In this document: piece by piece, positions 43,901 to 55,900 of the stretch | How positions within the stretch are numbered: the stretch's first letter is position 1 | How the letters are laid out: every line of letters begins with the position of its first letter | Assembly: GCA_002633005.1 (NCBI GenBank) | Contig: NMRA01000098.1 | Location: 16,388-80,387 of the forward strand | Length of the DNA stretch: 64,000 bases | Direction of reading: 5' to 3' | Source of the DNA: Phoronis australis | Taxonomy: Eukaryota > Animalia > Phoronida | Notes under the pieces: generated by a model | Databases searched by the model: none | What the model was told of the DNA's origin: nothing | The model's input: only the letters and a program-made list of their open reading frames with translations | Program-made: the position numbers and the translations under genes

Positions 43901-46900
43901 TTTAACGGCAGAAGTCGCAGAAGTCATTATGGGCTGCAACCTGTTCTCGATGACATCATTTCTCAATACGAAGTGTTTAAATCCATGTATGGCCACGAAG
44001 AGAACGACAGAACAAAACGAAATGCTGGCAATCTAAAACGAGAAAATTCGTTGACAATAGACCGAGAGGTGCTCGCGAAAATCTTGGACAAAAGGTTTGT
44101 CCAAGATTCTAGTCAAATTTTATCTAGCTCAATCACCCGTCATGCCCTTAAGCTAATCAATGACCGACTGTTTTCTCAAATTTCCGCACAAACCAATCCT
44201 CTACAGAGACGACGACGAGCGCTAGATATTGACGACGAAACAGCCAGACCATTTTTTATTAAAAACTCTGCATTTCCGTGTAAATTATTAACAGCTAAAA
44301 CGTCTGGTGGACAGCACATCATGTCCATGGAATCCTACAGCGAAGAGGCGTTACAATTGTGGGTTTGGGAAAATGGTCATCTTCGAAACTTCGGTAATAA
44401 ATTGTACGCTAGCCTTGAGTCGCAGGTATTGTCAGCTTCAGCACCCTGAATTCCCTTCCGCAAAGTCAGCGACAGGCTTATTGTCGACCGTAAAGCTAAC
44501 AGGACCTGTTACGTCTATGCAAAGGTTGCAGGTTTTAGGCTTGAGTTCCTACAAAATTGCCAAGAACCTTCACAGACATGGCATTTTGTACATATTGAGA
44601 AGGCAAGAGAAAGTTTTCAAATGGTTGTTTGCTTGTTTGTCATCCAAAACCGCGATTCTTGCTTAGTTCTAGAACAGAGACAAGACCATCTCAAGTCACG
44701 ACCGGTGCCACGCCAGATACACACAAAACAACTGTGGTATTGGGACAATCACCGCATCAGAAACGCGCACTCGCATGTGTACCTTGCCTCCAATAACAGT
44801 AAAATGTTTTTGACGGACTCGAAGAAACTGGCGTGGTCCTTCAAGGAATTGCTAATCGATGACATCACAAAGGTTACCTTTCCTGGAATCAGTCACACGA
44901 CGTCGCAGACCACTGACAACACAGCTGAAAGGGATTGGGACTTGATTGACTATAGCGATGATGAGAAAATGCGTTGCGGAAGGAACAGGTATTATGTTCT
45001 AAAGAATTCCAAAAAACCCTGTAATGTTTTGTGTGTCGAGAAAATCGACAGCGGGCCATACTGGTCCGCACCTGCGTCTGTCGGAGTGCTTAGTTTCATG
45101 GTAGCAACGGTGTTTGCATTATCCGTCACTGGAGTGTACCATCAAAGACAGAGTAAACAGGCTCCCGCCAAATTCTTGTTCGTAGCCGCCGCTGTCGTTG
45201 GCCTGGTTACAGCCGTAGGCGTAGCATGTGCTGCATTTCTTGGCAAAGTAACGAAACTGATTAAGTTTGAGTTTTTCGACCCGGAAGAGCCACTGTCCTG
45301 TTTGTGGTACTCACAGAAGGAGAAATTAGTCAACGTTAGACATGGCAACGAACTTAACATAAACAGCAATGAAGCAGAACTAACCCTGAACCCAGGAATG
45401 CTTCAAAAACTGAGAGAAGGAAATTGTTATCTGCATGTCGACGGTGAGCACAGTGTTTCTTGCCAAAATGAACCACCCACGAACTCTACATGGAGTCTTG
45501 TGGATTATGATGACAATGCGTTTTCGGCGAAGGTCTTCTGCCTGTATGTTTTGCCCCAGAATCAGCCGAGGTGTGAGAACGTGAGACGAACCCGGCAAAC
45601 GACTGGTGACCATGGCGTGGCACATGACAGGCAAACGGCTGGCGACCGTGACGTATTTGAACAGAAGCTGTGGTATTTTCATGGAGACAACTTGGTAAAT
45701 CTGGAATCTGGTGATGTTTTTAATGGCAGCTCATCAGAACAGTCGCCCATAAACTTCATAAATTACATGCAGAACTGTTCAACGTCTCTTTCGTTATTCT
45801 TCATTCAAAGCAAAACTGCCAGTCATAAAATTCTTGGATTTGACAGATCAAAAGGTGATGTGAGCTTCCAGAATTACGACGGCTACAATGTTTTAGATCA
45901 ACTTTGGTATATCAAGGAAGGTCATATTGCTAACTATGCCACCGGTTATAAGCTGGTGTTTAATGCCTCGTCAACCACTAAAAGGGTCTTTTTAACTCGT
46001 GGAGCTCAATCAGACAAAATGGAGTGGTACACAAAAGACAACAGAATAACTGTTGCCACTGAAAATAAAACGCTTTTCATTGTGGTGGAAACGGTGAATT
46101 CAGAGAAACTCATAGTAGCAAAGACGGCGTTGTCTGAAGTTGGCCAAATAAACGCGCAGTGGACATTCGTTCCATTTGATGATCAACGTGAATACATACA
46201 TGAGTTAATTACTTACTATTTCATTCAGTCACATGATGAACCGTGTGAAGTTCTGACAACCGACAACTCTACAGGTGTGGATGTCGTGTTCACAGCTCCA
46301 GTCTCGGACTCAAAGCTGTATACTCAACTGTGGTTTGCATACATGGGAGAAATCATAAACGTAGGCAGCGGGTGGTCACTAGGTTATGGCGCAGATATCT
46401 CTGAGCAAGTGAAACTTGTCTCAAATGACCAAACTACTTTCGGTACGAAGTGGATCATACAAGGGAGCACCATCCAGCCAACTATTCTGACAGACAAAGT
46501 ACTGTCAATCAACACAAACACTGGATTAGTAGAGATAAAAAATAACCGTTCCTTGCCAACGCAGGAATGGAAGATGCTTGAATTTAGCAACGCCTTTGAT
46601 CAGCCAGAGTCTCTTTCGTGTTTCAAATACGATCTAAACGATTCGGTGTTTATCAAACATGAAACCATTCCTTGCAAAGTTCTTACTGCATCAGACGACG
46701 GATTGTCGATTACATTTCAAGAGTTTAAAGAGTCCATTGTTGCTCGGCAACTATGGTACTTCAAGTATGGCCATTTAGTAAACGTTGAGTTTGGAAGGTC
46801 TGTGAATGTTAACGACGAAGCAGTGTCTTTGGTAGAGACTAGAAAGTACGATACTCAGCAATACCTCAATAGAAATGGGGCATCTGTTGGCAAGACGTTG

Positions 46901-49900
46901 AACGGAAAGACAATCTGTTCGATATGGCCCGCAAGATCTGATGGTGGGTCGTCTTTAACGTGTAAAACCAACATTTTTTCTCCAGTGAAATGGTCGTTCG
47001 TCCAATTAGACGATGGATTACAGGACATTGGATCTATCCGCTGCTTGATGTTAATTCAGAGTCGGGTTACGCCGTGTGAGTTCGTAACAGGATATGTCAG
47101 TGATGAAAAATACGGTACTTTGAAAATACGGCCAATGATAGATGACCTCGTTGATAGTCAGATTTTCTACTGGAGGAATCACAGTTTAGTTCACATGAAA
47201 AGTGGTCTAGTAGCGTCCGAATCTCCCAACGCTTTAACTCTGCAACTGCCTTCACACTCTCACAGCAAGTTTGTCTACCATCCACGTCTTCAGTACATCG
47301 CTTTTGCAAACTCTGATAAGGCAGTAGCATTTGACCCTAATAACGACGGTGTTTTAGTTAAAAAAGACATCAGATATGTCTCAACGCAAAGATGGTCTTT
47401 CATTGAGCTGAATGATGACACGCATGAAAAGGTAGAAAACTGTCCCGAGCGTTCACAGCCATCCAGGTATTTCTTCATCAAGCATCGAGATCAACCGTGT
47501 TTGGTTCTCACAGGAGCTAATCAGGGTGAATCACCAGAATTCAAAATATTCAAACAGGACAATTTCTATGACCAAGTGTGGTACGTTCATAACAACCAAA
47601 TTGTCAATGTAGGCAAAGATCTTGCCATAATGTTGGGTGATGTTCTCCCTGAAAACTCACGGCAAGTGATAATGTGGCACAGGTACGCCTATTCACTACG
47701 TCAGCGTTTTATTGTGACGACCACTCGGTCATCGTCGATTCAGAGCCAAATGGACACGAGCTGCTTTCTTTCCAGCGACGATTTTGGCAGAGGGTCAACC
47801 ACTAATGCCGTTTGCAGGGGAAAAGGTTCCTCAAGCTGGGATTTCGTGGACATGAGCGATGATTACATTCAAAAAGTGACATGTAGATTCTTCATTCAGT
47901 CGGACGAGGTGCCGCCATGTGAACTACTGACTGGGCAAGGAATAAACAGGCAAGTTCGTCTTCGCCCTCTTGATGTTGACGACGTGGAAAGTCAACTGTG
48001 GTATTGGGATGGTGATCGAATTTTGAACGCGAAAACTAAGATGGCAATTTCAGATTACGGTAATACAATCACTCTTCGACGAAAAGACAAATTCTTGACA
48101 CAAATCTGGTTGTATGAAAACATGAGAATTAAATCCAGAGCTAATCCAAATCGGGTAATAACGTTCTCTCATGATACTGGCGGTGTTTATTTATCTGCTC
48201 TGTCTAGATGGAAGAGCGCAGTTAAATACCAAAGTTGGAGTTTTGTGAGCGAAAAGGATGGCTTTGACAATCCAGATCGGCTTCGCTGTATTTCGACGAA
48301 ATCGAACCCAGATATGTATATTATAAGAAGTGAACATAACGATTGTCCCTTGCTAAAACATGTGGGTTACAATCGTCCAGGTGTTCGAAAATTACAAAAG
48401 AATGTTGACGCAGGAGTACTGTGGGTTGTTCAAAATGACCATCTTATCAACGTGGAGACAAAAAAGAGTTTAATGGCCACTCGTACATCGACTTTACGAT
48501 TTGAGACAACGTACACTCACGAACCTCGTCAACAGTGGAAAATGGACAGCGATAGGATAAAAAGTTGTCTGTATAGTTCAAAAGTCCTTGAAGTGTCTGG
48601 TAGTACTGTGAAGCTTGCCAGTCAGTGGGGGACAACGAAGCAAGAGTGGCAATGGTTTACATTGAAGGAATATGAAAAAGACAACAAGTTGATGCGCTGC
48701 TCGAGGTGTTATAACAAGCAGGAAGAAACAGCATCAGAGGTAATAGGATATATTCCTATTTTCGGTTGGCTATATAATTTGTTTCGGTCCGTTGCCTACG
48801 CTGCCAAACAATGCCCTGATGTAGCTTTAACGGCATTGATGGATTTCGGTCTGGATATTGCCTTTGACCTTGTATCATTACTTAGCGGCGGTACAGCGTC
48901 TGCTTTGGCGTATGGTTTAAAAACTGGACTGAAATTCGGAGTAAAGGCAGGACTGAAGGCAACCTTTCATGCTGTAAAAGGGATGGTAAAAATGTCAATT
49001 GTAGCTGCTAAGAACGGCTTTAAGAACTTAGCGAAAAATGGATTGAGGCAAACTTTAAAATTTAAACTGAAGACTGCCGCTTCAACAATGCGAACTCAAC
49101 TGAAAACGTCAATCAAAAGTTTGAAAATTACGCTCAAGTCTAGTTCACGTTCTCTTAAGGCGCATACAATAAAACTCGGGCGTCTCATGTTAAAAGGGGG
49201 CAAGCGCATGAAAGCGATCGCAACTAAGTCTGGCAAGGCACTCCCTGGTCTGTCTAAATTCAACAATTTCCCAGAACTATTCAGAAATGTGAGGAAATCT
49301 GTTATTGACAAAATAAAATCTATCGGCAAAAACTTGAAGAGCAAGATAAAACGGAAACTGGACGACTTGTCCAGCAAAGCAGAAGATGCTATTAATAGGT
49401 CAAAACATCACAAAGTTCGTAACACGAAGCTGATGTGCAAAAGGTTTCGCAGAGCGCTGGTGCCGCTCGGCCCTTGTGCAAATAGAAGAGAGTTACGCGC
49501 AGCTAGCGATGACCAGACCACAGCTGCTCTGTCGGACGCAAGACGTTATCGTATGCAAGGAAACGTGGACATTGCCGCGCCTGAAAATATACGCAAAGAC
49601 TTTAAATCTCTCTCTGACCAGGCACAGTTGAATGATCCGGAATTAACAGGTCAGTTCGGTGCGATAGCCATCAAGCAAAACGGGGACTTAAGAGACGTGC
49701 AGCGAAAAACGATTTCCGAAATAATCGGCATGAGAAAACAAAGACCGCCCGATCCGAACTCTATACCTATAAGAGAGACACAAGACGTGTTACCTGCTGG
49801 GCGGAGACATGTTTCAAAGGATGTTCGTCACGTGGAACAAAATTTAATGGAAAATCCGGACATGAGAAAACAACTCGAAAAGTGTACCGAAAAGAGTCCT

Positions 49901-52900
49901 TGCTCTATGTATATTTTTACCAAAAATTCTCCATGCTCAAGTCACGCGATGGGGCCCAAAACGCTAAGCTGTATAAAGTACATAGGAGGTCAGTGCAAGA
50001 ACTTGAAACATGTACGTTGTATTGTTGGGTTTGATCAGATTTACACGCCTCTGGATTACCTGCATGACAAATCTTGGCGGGAATATTTTCGTCGAGTTGT
50101 CTCTAACCAGGAAATTGGAGATTTGTTTAGCAACCATAAGTGGATTAAGCAAGCGGATGTCGACTTAGTTCAAGACATTACTAAAAATGTCTACAGCACC
50201 AGGTTGAAAGACGCTGATGCACTACGTCGTGAAGTGAACAAAAAACTTACGGAAGAAATGGAATTGACTAGAATGCAAAAATTGCGTGAACAAAATACAG
50301 ATATTTATTGGCTGTAATTATACACTGATTGGACCACAGTATTTCTGAAAACAGGAGGGGAACGTGGGGGAGAATTAGAACGTTGAAAAATTGTGTTTCC
50401 CCGTTGTTTCTCGAACTTGGAATAAAGGACGGTAAAATTCTGAAAATGGAAGATGTCAATACATATCCTTGCGAACTGTTGAAACCACGCGCAAACCATC
50501 AAGTGCCTGTTTTGTCTCGTCAACCCATTCTGTGCTCCATTATTCTTCAAATTGCTTTGAAATTCCGAAGTACATTGCATTTTATTTCTTTTATACGAAG
50601 GCCCATTTTTCGAGTGTTTTGATTTTTATATGCGATATGTGTCATACTAAATCGGCTCCACTAACTTGTATAAATTATTGACAACGGCGCCTTAATGGTC
50701 AAAATCCACCCATGTTTGGCCAAGGTTATGACCGTGTACCTTTGCGTAAATTTCTGGACACGACATTCGCCTTCGGCAGGACGGATATACGTTTAAAATG
50801 AGACAGCAAGGCTGAGCATGATAAAGAAATGTACATGCAAGTCTAATCTTGTATTTTTCGAGCGAAAATCGCATATGTGGGATTATTGTTGGAAGGGGTG
50901 GACCTTTTAAAATTATAGATAGAAAACAATTAAGTCCGTTATGTTTTGTGATTATATTTCAAATCGTTAATTCTAGTCGTTCTCTGTCAGCGATTCGCTG
51001 AAATCAAGGCCAGTGGAGTTACCAATATTAAATAGGTTTAAATTACCATGTCACTCATTGAGTAGAATGTTTGTAATTCACTAAGGAGAGCGTTAGAAGG
51101 TATTAGATTCAATTCTACATGGGAGCCGTTATTCATTTTTGTCGCCGATATTGTCACTTTGACAACCCCCACTGTGACAGCATCAGACCTGGAGAAGTGT
51201 ATTATTAAGTTTTAAATTAATCTTAAAAGATTTAACGGGGTTTATAAGGAATTTGTCAATTCACTTAAAATTGACAGTATCGGGAATGCCTACTGTTTAA
51301 TTGTGTGTAATAATGGGAATTACTACCTCTGACCAGCATTTACGATTTCGCTTTATATCAGTGCCTGCATTGTTCTTATATGACAAACGCCTACGACGAA
51401 ATCGTTACTGTACTGCGCTATGCCGTTTCCCCTATATTCTACAGTTATTTTATACGGTGGAAACAAATGTGGAGATATCTGGAACATTGTGTAGGGGATT
51501 TCTAGTTTCCGGTTTTGAATGGTGACTCGATTACTTGTGCTGATGAAACAGCGTGTTTCTGTCAAAGCGGAATTGTTTCCGCATTACAAATAATGCAGTT
51601 TGAACTTTAAACTGATTTTTTGAATGTATTTGAATGTACCTGGCAATTTGTACTCTTTCTTGTATCGTGCTTTGCCAGCTGTTGTGAGTAAGATGAAATA
51701 GTATTGTCAAGTAAAGATATAATTTGATACTCTTGCTAATAAATAGTTTTCTTACTTACTAAAAACACGTATTATTTATCGATCATCACGATCACAAACA
51801 GGTTACTACTAGTTTCGAACAAAATTTAATTTAAATATATGCCTTGTTAATTATAGGTCTAGGATACATTTGACTTGTTAAAAATAGTATTCTGCGATTT
51901 TAAGAGTCGACGAATAGTTTATTTCATAACGCGGCGTCGATCGCACAGCAGCCCTAGATATGCCACTCAGTGAGTTGCCCTGACCAACGCACTAACAAGT
52001 TTTTTCTCAGCACTGCGTACGTACCTAGTAGGTAGATACATTTGCAGGCTCAAGAATCAATACAATCTATAAATTCATTACGTACCGTAGCATGAAAATG
52101 ACCTCACCCAGCCTTTAATACGGGGGTCTCGAATTTCTGACGATGTTTACCATTTGCTAACAAAAAGCGGGAGGACTAAAAAAACGGGGTACCACCTTCA
52201 GAGCTGTGAATTGTGCGTTTGCGCCTTATTAGTGGACTTTTGTCTCGTTTTCTCAGACTTTTTGTTTCACTAAGGGGGAACTTTTTATTCACTTCACCAA
52301 ATAGGGGGCTCGTTCGAGCTCCCCGTGGGTGCGCGCACGTGAAGTAGGTTACCGAATCGTGAGCGACTTTTCCGATTTTGATGAAAACCATCAAAGTTGT
52401 AAACTTCGAAAACAATTACTGATACTTTAGCACAAAACTATATCAGCGTTTTAGAGATATCAAGGTTTATGATTTGAAGTTTGGTTTTTGTTATTGATGC
52501 CGTTCTTTGGTTTGAGGATACCGTCTTTGCTAATTTTTAACAAAAGGAAATTGTCACGTGACCCAATCTATGGCGCAGTGGCAGAGGGTTAAACAATAAT
52601 TGTCTTCTTCTTGTTGAGAATATCTCGCTCATACTGGTCACCGCTGTGATTCCCTGCCCTCAGAAACCTTTTATAATGCCCATTCAGCACACCCTTTGCT
52701 CTTGAAGCGGAAGGTAATCGCTAGCACTACTTCCTCACCGCTGAGTAGTCGTTGTTATTAAACCAAAAGGTTGAACGAGCGGAGGTGAAAATTCACGCAT
52801 ATCTTTAGAAATGCGTGTTACAAATTATTCAAGGCATGTTTTGGAAAATAATTGTACTAATACAATTATCCAAGTAAGTTTTCAGATTTGTAGATATATT

Positions 52901-55900
52901 TGGCTGAAAATTGCTTTAGTAGTACATTTACACCAGCCTCTAACCTATTTACACTGGTACGATGTTTAGGTAGGTGATTGCTAACACCTTCTTCAGATTC
53001 CGCGTCAGTGCCGTCGGTACGTGCCGGACTAAAGAAACGTGCAGACTCAGTGGTACATTGTACGATACCAGATACGTTCTTCTACTTGTAGAGGCTTGTG
53101 TAAGTAAACCAATAGATTTTATAGAAAAGATGTTGCAACATCATCACCTTTATTGTAGGAAGTCGTTGTCTGAATGTCGAGCAGGCACTTGTCAGTATGA
53201 GTGAGATAAATCAGGTCCGTAACTGGCAGACTGTATGTTGGAAAAAAATCTAAAAAGCCTTTCAGGGACCGTGCTTACTCTCTAAAAGGATGGGGTTTCA
53301 AATTACCGCCTCTTTAAAAGGCTGGGTATCCTATTCTTGGTGCACTGAGCACTGACCGTCCGGCCGACTCATTAGCGAGTCTCACCAGTGAGTACCAAAA
53401 GTTGGAAGGGGAAAACCACTGAGGCCCCGTCTGCGTTCAGTAGAAGCAAGGGCCTCGCTAAAATTAAAGATCTCGCAAAACTTCGCAAGATATTGCAAAT
53501 AATGTATGTTATCATACCAGCTTAGTTGTGAATTTCACTCTCAGGTTGACTTGCACTGTGAGCCATCGGTATCTATCCCTTACTACCAGTAAGCGCTTTA
53601 CAAGCTTGAGAGGGCTTACATATTACAAGGGGGCAGAGAATTTGAAAACTGTATTGGGAAGAAAGAGTATTTACTTCTTCTGTGTTTCAAAACTAGTGAA
53701 CCTGGCGATTTTTTTCCACAAATTCTTGGAACAATAAAAGTGAATAACTCTCACTTTAGCATCCGAAGAAGTAGATTCGCCACGGTTTGTTTAAAAGGTG
53801 TTTTTACGAGTTTTCGCGTTCCATGCCTCTTTAAGGTAGATTAAGCTTCAACATATTATTTACGGGCCTACGTTCAACTGAGGCAATCTGGTGATTAGAA
53901 GAAGTTTCAAATACACACGTGTTACTTCTAGAACTGGATCCGTGGACACACTTTGGAAACCAACGTAAGTTGTCTGAACGGTGATGTTGTAAAGCGAGCC
54001 GGGTGTGCATCGGGAGCAGTTTGCCTCATTCGTAACAGATAGAACTTTGACCGTCAATATGTCTCTGCCTTGTGAATCATATGAGGGTATGCAGCGGAGA
54101 ACGTAACTGTCCTTGTTGCCATGGGAATGCGTCCAGTGCACAGAGATTGTATTGGTTGTCACTGTGGTTATGTGCAAGTCTGATACCGGATGAAGAGCTA
54201 AAACAGAATGTACTACAGGCCGTAGCCAGGGAACCGTTCGTGACGCTAGGGGTGGATATAATATATTATATGCTTTGTTGTAATATCTCGTGAAGACTTG
54301 CTAGATTTAACCAAATTCCCATGAAACATAACAGCATCACGAATGGCAAATTGAGGTCGAGTGAACCTTTTATACAGAAACGACGAGCAAAAAAAACAAG
54401 AATATACAGAAACGACGAGCAAAAAATAACAAGAACGTGCCTCATTGTGCTCTCAGATAGATAATTAGATCATTGTCACCAGGTGTGTACATTCTAATCA
54501 TTATGTAAATTCCTTGTGACATTTTGGTACCACCATAAATATTTCTGTACCTGTCTTAACGAACTCGATCTTTTCCACGCTCAGCTGCTCCTGGACGGCA
54601 ACTGCGTCACTTTTAAACTCAGTTTGGAAAGAGAATGCATACTCCGTCCCAGGCACTAGACCAGTGAAGTTGTAGGATCTTTCCTCACGATTTGAAACGA
54701 CGACAGGATTTTTTACGCCGGCTATCGGTGGAGAATATCCAATGTGATAAGAGGTTACGCCCCCTTCTCGCGGCCTATTCCATTTCAAAGCTATCCAAGT
54801 TGAGGACCTCTCGCATGCTATTTCTCCGTGTGGTGGCAACGGTCCTGCAGGGAACCATAGATCTACGGTGGAAGGCGTCTAGGAGGATTGTACGTACCAG
54901 ATAATGAGCTAAGACTTTATTAAACTTCCGCTCTTTTATATATACCAAAAGCATTATTTGCACTAGTGTGTGATTTCGTTTCTTATTGAATGTCGCTTGA
55001 AAAATAACCGGTTAAATCGTCCCAGTAGACCCCCAGTGATAAACAGACTCCTCAAGAGAAACTAAAACATTGATAAAAGTGATAGATGCACGGCACTAGA
55101 ACCAAAATAGATAAAATGGTCGACGTAGCGGCTTGCGTGTGAACTGAAACATGTATAGGTGTAATTAGAAATTGCGAGAAAGAATGCGAGATCCTATTTA
55201 AGGTGTTCCATCGAAATTGGAACCCCGGTGTAAAACAGATATCCCGGAGTCACAAACTGACTCCCGCACCTTCAAAACAGCTAACCAGTCTGAAAAACAC
55301 GAACCCCAGACAGGACAGCCGGGTACCGAAATCCACTATCGCTCTTTCTGTCAAACATTGTGTGTGAATGCAATGAGTTCATAAATTCCGATTCCAAATT
55401 CCGTTTTAATGATCGATGAGGAGTTGAAGTACTCTTCTTTTTGAGGGCAATAACGGTGAAATTGGTGACGGTGCATGTCTTTTGAGGGAATAATTCTCGC
55501 GGTCCATTTCAAAATCCGGAAATTGATTGTGCCGGAAATAATGTACTTTCGACAAGTAAATCGATGAACCCTAAAATGCGGCCAGTTGTAAAGATATTTA
55601 AACGAATTAACCAACAACGTCCCACCAGGTCACACTGCTAAACCCTTGAGCCAGGTTTCTAGCTCCTCAGCTCGGTTTTAACCATATATTAATAAAGCAT
55701 AAAAATATTTCCAGGTGATCAGTGCAATGGGCCCACATGCGAGGCCTGCGCACGTCTGTTACAACGTGTATCAGACCGCTTACAATTATTTTTTTAAACC
55801 AACAACGGTACATGAAAGTTGAAATAATATTTTTGTTTATAATTTTTGAAAATATTTTTGGAGATAACTATTGAATAATGCGAAATTCACTTGATATTCA

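Noticed and set aside
44426-44524. Possible 99 nt intron (cag|gtatt...aaag|) removing the TGA in frame
   Set aside because: Weak AAG acceptor without a pyrimidine tract, and the removed sequence looks like part of the lectin repeat (TCYVY parallels NCYLH in repeat 3); not formally excluded without RNA-seq
44307-44666. 119 aa ORF bridging the two large ORFs, suggesting a frameshift
   Set aside because: The two large ORFs are already in the same frame; this ORF is in another frame and lacks the repeat motifs
43112-50317. Bacterial contamination as the source of the intronless toxin-like ORF
   Set aside because: It is embedded in continuous intron sequence with host repeat families on both sides, preceded by a spliceosomal acceptor, and carries furin-type sites; ancient horizontal origin remains possible
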